Shown: positions 56,251 through 64,000 of the stretch, piece by piece
Layout: each line of letters opens with the position of its first letter
Position numbering within the stretch: the stretch's first letter is position 1
Source of the DNA: Spirochaetia bacterium
Lineage (GTDB): Bacteria > Spirochaetota > Spirochaetia > DSM-27196 > Salinispiraceae
NCBI GenBank assembly: GCA_038204425.1
Contig: JBBRCZ010000004.1
Span: 32,001-96,000 of the forward strand
DNA: 64,000 bases
Direction of reading: 5' to 3'
Notes under the pieces: generated by a model
Database searches by the model: none
Seen by the model: the letters and a program-made list of their open reading frames with translations, nothing else
What the model was told of the DNA's origin: nothing
Translations under genes and position numbers: made by a program

Positions 56251-57303
56251 ATGTTAAAAAAGCATTTTTCGATAGCAGTGGCAGTTTTGGCGTTTGTCAT
56301 TTTGGGCTCCTGTGCGTCGGCACCGGTCGCTGCTCAGGTTACGAGAAGCTCAGCCAATGCGCCCAGTTGGCTATCCAATCTTGACAACGGCTATCCTGAC
56401 AAGGTTTATGTGGCTGCAGTTGGAACCGGTGACAACCGTCGTAGCGCAGAATCAGCAGCGGCTGGCGCCTTGGCAAGCCGTTTTAAGGTAAGCATCAAGG
56501 TAGATACTAACGCCCAACAGCGCTATCGCGAGATCGTAAAGCAGAACCAAAACTATAGTGAAGAAGAACGCAACATAATTCAGAATGTCAGTACTTCGTC
56601 CAATGAGAGCTTGCTCAATCTACGCTACAGTGAACCCTATAGCGACAGCCGTGGAACCGTAAGCATTGTAGCCTACATAGAGAGGGAGCCAACTGCACAA
56701 CTGTATAGAAAGATAGTAGAAAAAGATGCGCAGACTATAGCATCTCTCAAAAGTCGAGCCGGCACGGCTGTGTCATCAATAGTTGCTTTTGCACTCTATG
56801 ATTCGGCGATTCAAGTTAGTCTTAACGATGACTCAATTGTAGAAAAGCTACAATTGATACACCCGGCTACTGCGTTTGCCCTTGCATCCAAGGTTGACAC
56901 TGCTGGTTTGCTACGAGCTCGCGACGAAATAGCTTCCAAGCTTAGCTACCGGTTAACCGTAGATGGTGATGTAGATGGCAAGATAGCCAGCATCGTGCGC
57001 AAAACACTAACCGATCTAAAGCTGGTGGCCAACCAAGCGGGCAAACTTGGCGTCAACGCCTTTATCCTAATTGAACCAACCGAAGTTAACCCACGCTTTA
57101 AGTCAGTCAGATGGACCATCACTGTGGCTTTGACCGACGAAACCGGAGCAACTATCGCCAACCTCTTTAAGGAGTCACGCGAAAACGCGATTAGCGAGCA
57201 AGAAGCTCGCGCCTTTGCCATCAAAAGCATAGAAAAAGCAGTTGCCAGCGACTTTGTTAAAGAATTTAATAAGTACTTAAACGGTGTTGCGCTAGGAAAG
57301 TAG
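56251..57303 (+). CDS. LPP20-family lipoprotein
   Basis: Lipobox ILGSC. Pattern P.W....YP...Y..AVG.G....AE..A...LA..F.V.I. Confidence 0.7.
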   Translation: MLKKHFSIAVAVLAFVILGSCASAPVAAQVTRSSANAPSWLSNLDNGYPDKVYVAAVGTGDNRRSAESAAAGALASRFKVSIKVDTNAQQRYREIVKQNQNYSEEERNIIQNVSTSSNESLLNLRYSEPYSDSRGTVSIVAYIEREPTAQLYRKIVEKDAQTIASLKSRAGTAVSSIVAFALYDSAIQVSLNDDSIVEKLQLIHPATAFALASKVDTAGLLRARDEIASKLSYRLTVDGDVDGKIASIVRKTLTDLKLVANQAGKLGVNAFILIEPTEVNPRFKSVRWTITVALTDETGATIANLFKESRENAISEQEARAFAIKSIEKAVASDFVKEFNKYLNGVALGK

Positions 57304-57344
57304 ACTGAGCAAGTAAGCAAAACTTGCTTACCCAGATTTGTTTT

Positions 57345-57375
57345 AAAAAAGGCCAGCATCACAAAGCTGGCCTTT
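57345..57375. terminator. Terminator hairpin between convergent genes
   Basis: AAAGGCCAGC-atcacaaa-GCTGGCCTTT with a flanking A run. Confidence 0.7.
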
Positions 57376-57399
57376 CTAATTGGTTATTTGGCTATCAAG

Positions 57400-58734
57400 C
57401 TAGGCAATTTGTTCTGCCTCGAGGTCCACTCCCTTAGGTGCATTTATGCGTGCGCGCACTACTGCTCCAGGTGACAAGGGCGCGTTAGAAAGTCCCTTTA
57501 GAACTATTAATCCATCAACCTCAGGTGCCTGCAAATAAGAACGGCCAAGGTAAAGATCACTGCCTTCGACTCGCTCTTCAATTAATACGTCCATTTCTAC
57601 CCCAGTCCAGCGGGCCAGGAGAGCTTCGGTAATCTTAGATTGACGATGTTCAATTACGGTCTTTCTGCGCTTAGCCTCAGGTTTTGACTTTTCAAACGAA
57701 TCGTCATCTTGGAGACGAAAGCTCGCCGTTTGTTCTTCCCTACTATAAGTAAAGATACCCACCCAATCTATTTGGGCCTTTTCTTGAAAATCTAACAGTT
57801 CGCCAAAGTCTTTTCGGTTCTCACCTGGAAAACCCACCAAAAAGGTAGATCTAATTACGGCGTGTGGCAAGGCAGTCCGAATACGTTTTAGTAGCTCAAG
57901 ATACTTTTCTTTGTCGCCGTAGCGTGCCATCATTTTTAGGATGCGCGCATCAGCGTGCTGAAATGGCAGGTCAAAGTAGGGCAAAAGGCGGCTGTCTGCC
58001 TGCATCAACTCTATTAGACCATCAGGAAAAGTATCAGGATGAATATAAAAGGGTCTAATCCAAAAGTGGCCCTTGCGCTCTAACATGCGAGTCAAAAGCT
58101 CTACAAGGTTGCCAGGTCCGCCTTGCTCACGACCAAAACTAGCCAAGTCCTGTGCAATTAAGTTAATCTCAAAGATGCCTCGCGCCAAGAGTTCATCAAA
58201 CTCACGAAGTACATCATCTATGGTTCGCGAGACCAGCTGGCCGCGGATTTTGGGGATGGCGCAAAAAGTGCAGTGGTGGATGCAGCCCTCGGCGATTTTG
58301 AGAAAAGCGCTGCGGGCATGAGACAGAAGGTTTTTACGCATAGGTGAGGTGGTAAGTTCTTGTGGAAAAAAGGTGACTCTCTCTCCCTTCTCCACTTGCT
58401 CCATAATTTTGGGTAATAGTTCTGGTGCTCTGTTGCCAAATATGGCGTTGGCCTCTGGCAACATTTCCAAAAGCTCGTCGCCATATCGCTGGGCCAGACA
58501 GCCGGCAACGATAATCTTTGCATCCGGGTGAGCCTTGCGTAACTCAAAGAAGGTATCTATCGATTCTTGCTTGGCACTTTCGATAAATCCGCAAGTATTT
58601 ACGACTATGGTTTGTGCCTCTGAAGAATCTTTGACGAGCGTATAGCCCGATTGTTCCATGCTGGCGATTATGTATTCGGCATCAACTTGGTTGCGAAAAC
58701 AACCCAAATTTTCTAGATAAAAGTTTTTTGACAT
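57400..58734 (-). CDS. rimO: Ribosomal protein S12 methylthiotransferase
   Basis: LGC..N.VD, VNTCGFI..AKQESI, GCLAQRY, the radical SAM motif KIAEGCIHHCTFC, and APEVDG. Confidence 0.94.
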   Translation of the reverse strand: MSKNFYLENLGCFRNQVDAEYIIASMEQSGYTLVKDSSEAQTIVVNTCGFIESAKQESIDTFFELRKAHPDAKIIVAGCLAQRYGDELLEMLPEANAIFGNRAPELLPKIMEQVEKGERVTFFPQELTTSPMRKNLLSHARSAFLKIAEGCIHHCTFCAIPKIRGQLVSRTIDDVLREFDELLARGIFEINLIAQDLASFGREQGGPGNLVELLTRMLERKGHFWIRPFYIHPDTFPDGLIELMQADSRLLPYFDLPFQHADARILKMMARYGDKEKYLELLKRIRTALPHAVIRSTFLVGFPGENRKDFGELLDFQEKAQIDWVGIFTYSREEQTASFRLQDDDSFEKSKPEAKRRKTVIEHRQSKITEALLARWTGVEMDVLIEERVEGSDLYLGRSYLQAPEVDGLIVLKGLSNAPLSPGAVVRARINAPKGVDLEAEQIA

Positions 58735-58831
58735 TCAATACGTTCCTTTGCCCCTGGACTATTTCCAGCGCGGGGCAAAGATTACCTGATTTGTCGGAAA
58801 AAGGGAATGGCAACACCATTAACGCTTGGGG

Positions 58832-59440
58832 CTAGGGCTTGCTGATCTCAAGGTAGTCCAAATTGACAGCGCGAGCTTCCACAAGCCCACCACTTCGCAC
58901 TTCGAGATAGTTGAGGCCAACTACAAGGTTAAGAGTAAAATCGATTGTACCCCATACTGACCACAAGAGATCATCTTGCTGCACCCACGCGGGTATGACC
59001 GTAAGCACCCCATTTAAGTAGAAATGGATATTTTGAGGAGAGCCATACATGGCGCAGGCATATCCGATTTTTATCGAATAGCTGCCGGCTTCGACAAGAT
59101 CTGCAACCCATTTAATAACTCGGTTGGGTCCTTCATAGAAACTCTCGACATAAAATCCACTCGATGCCCCACCATAAGCGTTACCTGAGACTAGCGGAGC
59201 GTCAAAATGAGCATCTTCGGCCTCAATCCTGTAAGTGCCCGGCCCGGCTGGGATCGTAGTCTGAGGTGTTAAGGCAATCGTTGTGGTGGTGCTCGTAGAA
59301 GTCGTAGTTGCTAAAGCTATGGTTGTGGTGCTCGGGTTCGTGTTTCCGTAATTGCGGGAGTTGGGATCATTGGGGTTACTGAGATCGTAACAGCCTACAA
59401 AAAGCGATGCAAGCAAAATCATCAACAAAAAGACCTTCAT
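58832..59440 (-). CDS. Lipoprotein with Thr-rich linker and CBM6/CBM35-like domain
   Basis: Lipobox LFVGC, TTTIAL x2 linker, then YRIEAEDA...G.Y.I.I.Y...NLDYLEI. Confidence 0.7.
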   Translation of the reverse strand: MKVFLLMILLASLFVGCYDLSNPNDPNSRNYGNTNPSTTTIALATTTSTSTTTTIALTPQTTIPAGPGTYRIEAEDAHFDAPLVSGNAYGGASSGFYVESFYEGPNRVIKWVADLVEAGSYSIKIGYACAMYGSPQNIHFYLNGVLTVIPAWVQQDDLLWSVWGTIDFTLNLVVGLNYLEVRSGGLVEARAVNLDYLEISKP

Positions 59441-59545
59441 TTGTTAATAATAGCCTAATTTTTGGTTAAATCAAGCATTCGTTTAAAAATGAGCCTTATA
59501 GCGCCGGTCTTTTTTCTTTTGACCAAGTTGTATTATACTATCAAC

Positions 59546-60235
59546 ATGAAGCAAAGCGCTGCCAGAACAGGATTTGGATCGACTCGCCAAGAAAAAATCG
59601 ACCTGAGCCAACATCCTTTGCCTCAGCTTCCACCTGAACTCAACAGCACGCAATTAAAACAAATCTTTGCTGAGCACCCTGCCCCACGTCTGGCAATTCG
59701 GCATTTGCTCAAGGATGGCTCGCTTATTCGCGTCAGACGCGGCCTGTATGCCAGCAACACGCTCTTTCAGTCGCGTCCTTTTTCGTTGGGAATGTTGGCC
59801 TCCATGTTGTACACTCCTTCATATATCTCGATGGAACGGGCGCTCAAAATGTACGGCTTCACCAACAAAAACTTTGACTACTGCACTTCAGTCTGCCTAG
59901 GCAGATCCCGCACGTTTGAATCATCGCTTGGCCAGTTCGTCTTTTTTCACCTTCCATCCAAGCGCTATGATTTTGGGTACAAGAAGATTCGCAGCAACGA
60001 CGGCAGCTTCTACCATCTGGCAGAGCCCGAAAAAGCGCTCTTAGACGCAGTAAGTTTTAGAGGCGCTTTGCGTAGCCAAAAAAAACTTGAGGCGCTTATT
60101 TTGGACGAACTTGGACTCGACGTTTCTGCGCTTCGTAAGTTTGACCTGGTTAAGTTGCGCAGCTATAGTGATCGTTACCAAAGTGCAACATTTAAAAAAT
60201 TCCTTCTCCCTTGGCTGGCAAGCGTGCAGCAATAA
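59546..60235 (+). CDS. AbiEi-like (type IV TA antitoxin family) wHTH protein
   Basis: L...G.LIRVRRGLY, PSYISMERAL..YG and AEPEKALLD motifs. Confidence 0.75.
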   Translation: MKQSAARTGFGSTRQEKIDLSQHPLPQLPPELNSTQLKQIFAEHPAPRLAIRHLLKDGSLIRVRRGLYASNTLFQSRPFSLGMLASMLYTPSYISMERALKMYGFTNKNFDYCTSVCLGRSRTFESSLGQFVFFHLPSKRYDFGYKKIRSNDGSFYHLAEPEKALLDAVSFRGALRSQKKLEALILDELGLDVSALRKFDLVKLRSYSDRYQSATFKKFLLPWLASVQQ

Positions 60236-60380
60236 GCAGCCAGGCAGATGGCAAGGTTCATTTATCAAAAAAACAATCCACTTCAAAAAAACTTTAAAAA
60301 AAGTCCTTGACCAAACGCCCACCCTGTCCCATTGTGTCCACATAAATCACTTGCAATAAGAAGGGGGTGCATGAACATAG

Positions 60381-61556
60381 ATGAACATTGAACGCTACTA
60401 TGACAGGGATACCTGGGACCGAATTAAGAAATTTTCGGACACACAAGAAACACCATTTCTGGTGGTCGACCTTAAGAGCATTGAGATCAAGTACCGCGAA
60501 CTAGTTGCGGCTTTTCCTCGAGCAAAAATTTACTATGCTATCAAGGCAAATCCGTCACCGGAAGTTCTCAAGCTTTTGGCCGACTTGGGCTCCTGTTTTG
60601 ATGTTGCTTCCATCTATGAGCTGGATCGCATCCTCTCACTCGGTGTCACGCCGGACAGACTGTCTTATGGCAACACCATAAAAAAACGCAAAGATATTAA
60701 ATACTTTTACGACCATGGCGTTCGATTGTACGCAAGCGACTCGGACGCTGACTTGGCAAACATTGCCCAGAATGCGCCCGGAAGTAAAGTCTATATTAGA
60801 ATCCTAACTGAGGGCGACCAAACAGCTGATTGGCCCTTATCTCGCAAGTTCGGTTGTCAAACCGACATGGCCTTGGACTTGGTCAACATGGCTAAGCGGC
60901 TTTCTTTGCACCCAGTCGGTATTAGCTTCCACGTAGGTAGCCAACAACGAGATATTGGTGCTTGGGACGCAGCCATCGCCAAGGTAAACCAAATCTTTAA
61001 TCGACTTTGGGAAGAGGACCACATCAAGTTGAGCTTAATCAACATGGGTGGCGGTTTTCCTGCCCAGTACTTGGCAAAAGCACATGAGCTTGGCACTTAC
61101 GCCAGTGAAATCCATCGCTTTTTGAGCGAGGACTTTGGTGATGAAATTCCAGAGATAATTCTGGAGCCTGGTCGTTCTTTGGTGGCCGATGCGGGCTTAT
61201 TGGTAAGTGAACTGGTGCTCATAAGTCGCAAGAGCGTAAACGCCCTAAATCGTTGGATCTACACCGACATAGGTAAGTTTCAGGGCATGGTTGAGACCTT
61301 GGAAGAATCGATCAAATACCCACTGTTTACCGATCGCACGCTCCATAGTCCAGAAGACGGTGAGTGTGAAGAAGTAATCATTGCTGGGCCAACCTGCGAT
61401 AGTATGGACATCCTCTACGAAGACTTTAAATACAACCTGCCGATGAACCTCGCTATTGGCGACCGCCTCTATTGGTGTTCAACCGGTGCTTACACCACGT
61501 CCTACTCAAGTATCGAGTTTAATGGGTTTCCACCGCTAAAAGCCTACTATATTTGA
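60381..61556 (+). CDS. Fold-type III PLP decarboxylase (ornithine/lysine decarboxylase)
   Basis: YYAIKANP, FDVASIYE, WPLSRKFG, SFHVGSQ, EPGR, GPTCDS and GAYT motifs. Confidence 0.92.
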   Translation: MNIERYYDRDTWDRIKKFSDTQETPFLVVDLKSIEIKYRELVAAFPRAKIYYAIKANPSPEVLKLLADLGSCFDVASIYELDRILSLGVTPDRLSYGNTIKKRKDIKYFYDHGVRLYASDSDADLANIAQNAPGSKVYIRILTEGDQTADWPLSRKFGCQTDMALDLVNMAKRLSLHPVGISFHVGSQQRDIGAWDAAIAKVNQIFNRLWEEDHIKLSLINMGGGFPAQYLAKAHELGTYASEIHRFLSEDFGDEIPEIILEPGRSLVADAGLLVSELVLISRKSVNALNRWIYTDIGKFQGMVETLEESIKYPLFTDRTLHSPEDGECEEVIIAGPTCDSMDILYEDFKYNLPMNLAIGDRLYWCSTGAYTTSYSSIEFNGFPPLKAYYI

Positions 61557-61590
61557 GCCCAAGTTCCATCGCTCGCTGACGTCGGATTTC

Positions 61591-61620
61591 AAAAGCCCTA
61601 CACTTGTATGTAGGGCTTTT
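61591..61620. terminator. Bidirectional intrinsic terminator
   Basis: AAAAGCCCTACA-cttgta-TGTAGGGCTTTT between convergent genes. Confidence 0.85.
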
Positions 61621-61630
61621 ACAAGAAACG

Positions 61631-62668
61631 TTACTCCCACTTAAAGCTTAGAGTTGAGAGCAAAAAGAAGACCAGAGTGAGGCTTCCCAAAACGATGAGA
61701 TTGGGCAGGATTTCAACGATTCCTGCGCCTTGCAACATAACCGCACGTGCCGCTTCGATAAAATGGGTAAGTGGGAATATTCTAGACAAAGACTGCAGCA
61801 CTTGTGGTGTTCCATCGAGCGAAAAGAAGACTCCCGATCCAAGCAACATTGGCATGGTAACCAAGTTCATCAGACCGTTGGCAAGTTCTTCGCTCTTGAG
61901 TCTAGAAGCAAAAATTAGGCCCAGTGAAATCATACAAAGCCCGGCCATGACCGTCAGCAAAAGCAGGACCAAGTAGCTTCCTTTCATCATAAAGCCCAAA
62001 AAGAGATTGGTTGCCGTATAGACCAGCACCGAGGTTACCAGCACGATCATAAGCCGACTAATAGCGTGGGCGATAATAAAGGTGCTCGCTGTCACTGGTG
62101 TGGCCTTTAGACGCTTCAAGACACCGTTTTTTCGATAACGAACGATCACATAACCAACACCAAATAGGCAACTAAACATAATGTTCATGCCAATTACACC
62201 TGGAACCAGCCAATCAACATAGCGGATGGCTTCTCCAGAGCTGAGCTGAGGCTTGAGTCTTGCGAAGGTGTTTTTTTGATCTGAGCCTTCCAAAATCCTC
62301 TTTGCCAAAAGACTGGTTGGAGATTGGTCATTCACAAAATATGATCCAGTTTCAAAATCCAACACCAAGTCAAGTTGGTGTTGACTCAAACGGGCCAAGG
62401 CCTTTTCTCTTCCTTTTTTGGGACTGTCACTTGGATTGTCAGGGTAGGCGACGAAGCTGATGTGTTCGATACTTACAAAAGATATGTCACTCGGCACACT
62501 GCCCAAGGTTCCAACCTTAAAGACAGCCTGATTGTTACCGGAGAAAGCAAATGCAAAACCAAATACCAAGACGACCGGAAAGGCCAAGTTCCAAATAAAT
62601 GTTTCTTTGTCTCTCAAAAACTCCATCGTCCGGGCCTTAAAAAGCGCCCCAAAATGCTTAATGTTCAT
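61631..62668 (-). CDS. ABC-2 type exporter permease
   Basis: YVDWLVPGVIGMN, GVLKRLKATP, SGVFFS and PLTHF motifs. Confidence 0.9.
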   Translation of the reverse strand: MNIKHFGALFKARTMEFLRDKETFIWNLAFPVVLVFGFAFAFSGNNQAVFKVGTLGSVPSDISFVSIEHISFVAYPDNPSDSPKKGREKALARLSQHQLDLVLDFETGSYFVNDQSPTSLLAKRILEGSDQKNTFARLKPQLSSGEAIRYVDWLVPGVIGMNIMFSCLFGVGYVIVRYRKNGVLKRLKATPVTASTFIIAHAISRLMIVLVTSVLVYTATNLFLGFMMKGSYLVLLLLTVMAGLCMISLGLIFASRLKSEELANGLMNLVTMPMLLGSGVFFSLDGTPQVLQSLSRIFPLTHFIEAARAVMLQGAGIVEILPNLIVLGSLTLVFFLLSTLSFKWE

Positions 62669-62700
62669 AGTAGTTCCTTATTTCTCAGTACAGCCATCGT

Positions 62701-63621
62701 TCAAGTCCGCAAAGAGCTTCCCGTCAACTTGATAAAGAGGTCTTCTAGGTCAGGTTTATGCACCGACAGACCCTCGAGATTAACGCCGCTGGCCAATAGC
62801 TTGTTAATCGTATGTTCGAGTTGATAAGAAAGAATATCCCAGGTATCTGCCTTTTCCACCAAACTGTCGGCGCCACTAGTGTTGGTCGAAGTGGATTCAG
62901 CAGAGATTATTTTGCTGACCGCTTGGGTTTGAGGCACTTTGGGCAAGCGTAGAATAACACCGCCAAAGTGACGTGTAAGCAATTGGCTTGGCGTATCTTG
63001 TTCAATTATTTTACCGTGGTCCATAATAGCGATCTGGTCACACAAGAGCTGTGCCTCGTCCATGTAGTGAGTGGTCAAAATTATGGTTGCATTCTCGGCT
63101 TTAATCCTGCCAATTAACTCCCAGAAGTGGCGCCGGGCTTGCGGATCGAGACCGGTGGTTGGCTCATCTAAGAAGACAAGGTCTGGATGGGGGATAATCG
63201 CCAAAGCGAGCAGCATGCGCTGTTTTTGTCCGCCAGAAAGCTTGCGGTTGTCACGCTCAAGAATATCCGAGAGTGAGCACAGTTCAATCAGTTCATCCAT
63301 AGAGCGGGGGTTATCATAGAAAGCTCTAAACATCTCTATGGTTTCCCTTACCGTTATAAACTCTGGTAGAGAAGTTGATTGAAACTGAATGCCGACTTTC
63401 TGCCGAAAGTGTTTGTCGATCGGCTGTCCTCTAAACAAAATCCGACCGTTGCTTGGCCGAATAATACCTTCCATCATTTCTATAGTGGTAGTCTTTCCAG
63501 CGCCGTTTGGCCCCAGAAGGCCAAAACAGATGCCTTCTTTAATGCCAAAACTAACACCTTTGACGGCTTCCACCTCGCCATAGCGTTTGCTCAACGCTTC
63601 TACTTGTATAATTTCGCTCAT
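62701..63621 (-). CDS. ABC exporter ATP-binding subunit
   Basis: GPNGAGKTT, LSGGQKQR, FLDEPTTGLD and TTHYMDEA motifs. Confidence 0.95.
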   Translation of the reverse strand: MSEIIQVEALSKRYGEVEAVKGVSFGIKEGICFGLLGPNGAGKTTTIEMMEGIIRPSNGRILFRGQPIDKHFRQKVGIQFQSTSLPEFITVRETIEMFRAFYDNPRSMDELIELCSLSDILERDNRKLSGGQKQRMLLALAIIPHPDLVFLDEPTTGLDPQARRHFWELIGRIKAENATIILTTHYMDEAQLLCDQIAIMDHGKIIEQDTPSQLLTRHFGGVILRLPKVPQTQAVSKIISAESTSTNTSGADSLVEKADTWDILSYQLEHTINKLLASGVNLEGLSVHKPDLEDLFIKLTGSSLRT

Positions 63622-63663
63622 TGGCACAAGGTAGCCAGGCTACGATTAAAACACAAGGGTCAT

Positions 63664-63999
63664 TTACTCTTTTTTCTCTTCTGCTGCCTCTAATTTAGTT
63701 ATGTCTGCAACCAATATATTCTTAAGCGCGTCACGAAGTTCTTCTTGGTTGGAGGCAGTTACCAAACGCGCGCCCTGCTTTTCTATACTCGCAAAAGTTT
63801 CAGACTCAATATCAAAGCCTACAAAACTCACCAGCGTACCTCTGGTGTAGACCGGGTATTCATGATTAGACTTGTCGTTTCTGTTGTTGCTGAGTGCAAA
63901 AAGCGCGTCTTCCGGCAAAACCCCTTCGGTGTTCTCGCCGTCTGAGATCACTATCAAGCTCTTAAGGATGGTCCCCGACTGCGCAAGAATTTCTGTGCC
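63664..63999 (-). CDS. VWA-domain protein, C-terminal part (gene starts beyond the window)
   Basis: Frame is open to the window edge. LIVISDGENT and SFVGFD match a vWA C-terminal half. Confidence 0.7.
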   Translation of the reverse strand, partial: GTEILAQSGTILKSLIVISDGENTEGVLPEDALFALSNNRNDKSNHEYPVYTRGTLVSFVGFDIESETFASIEKQGARLVTASNQEELRDALKNILVADITKLEAAEEKKE

Positions 64000-64000
64000 T

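Noticed and set aside
1..64000. CRISPR arrays, tRNA/rRNA genes, transposases, integrases, phage genes
   Set aside because: I saw no spaced repeats, RNA-gene signatures or mobile-element motifs. This was a visual scan, so very short or degenerate elements could be missed.

Overview
A 64 kb, gene-dense bacterial chromosomal window, roughly mid-40s % GC by eye. It is most consistent with a free-living spirochaete (inference from spirochaetal-type lipoboxes, a giant FlgD-Ig-tailed exported protein and a DUF3996-like small beta-barrel). Most of it is core or housekeeping: an RsbU/STAS/anti-sigma-like trio, sigma54-driven amtB plus a P-II gene, typA, glgP, class II ilvC, a cation antiporter, a GGDEF-EAL protein, a GH2 hydrolase, lspA, uppP, gluQ, panB-panC-coaBC-coaX-panD, rimO, an ornithine-type decarboxylase and an ABC-2 exporter. 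I found no tRNA, rRNA, CRISPR array, transposase or phage gene. The most interesting signals are: (1) a ~3885-aa exported beta-helix-like protein with a T9SS-CTD-like FlgD-Ig tail, behind a ~240-nt leader that folds into a long rod with mutually exclusive G5/C5 pairings; (2) a two-bulged-A hairpin resembling the pan RNA motif, within an RBS-sequestering switch ahead of panB; (3) a candidate Ile/Leu/Val-rich leader peptide ahead of ilvC; (4) an mscS gene with two lesions; (5) an unannotated 38-aa Lys-rich sORF; (6) an orphan AbiEi-like antitoxin. All RNA structures were paired by hand and are not computed folds.
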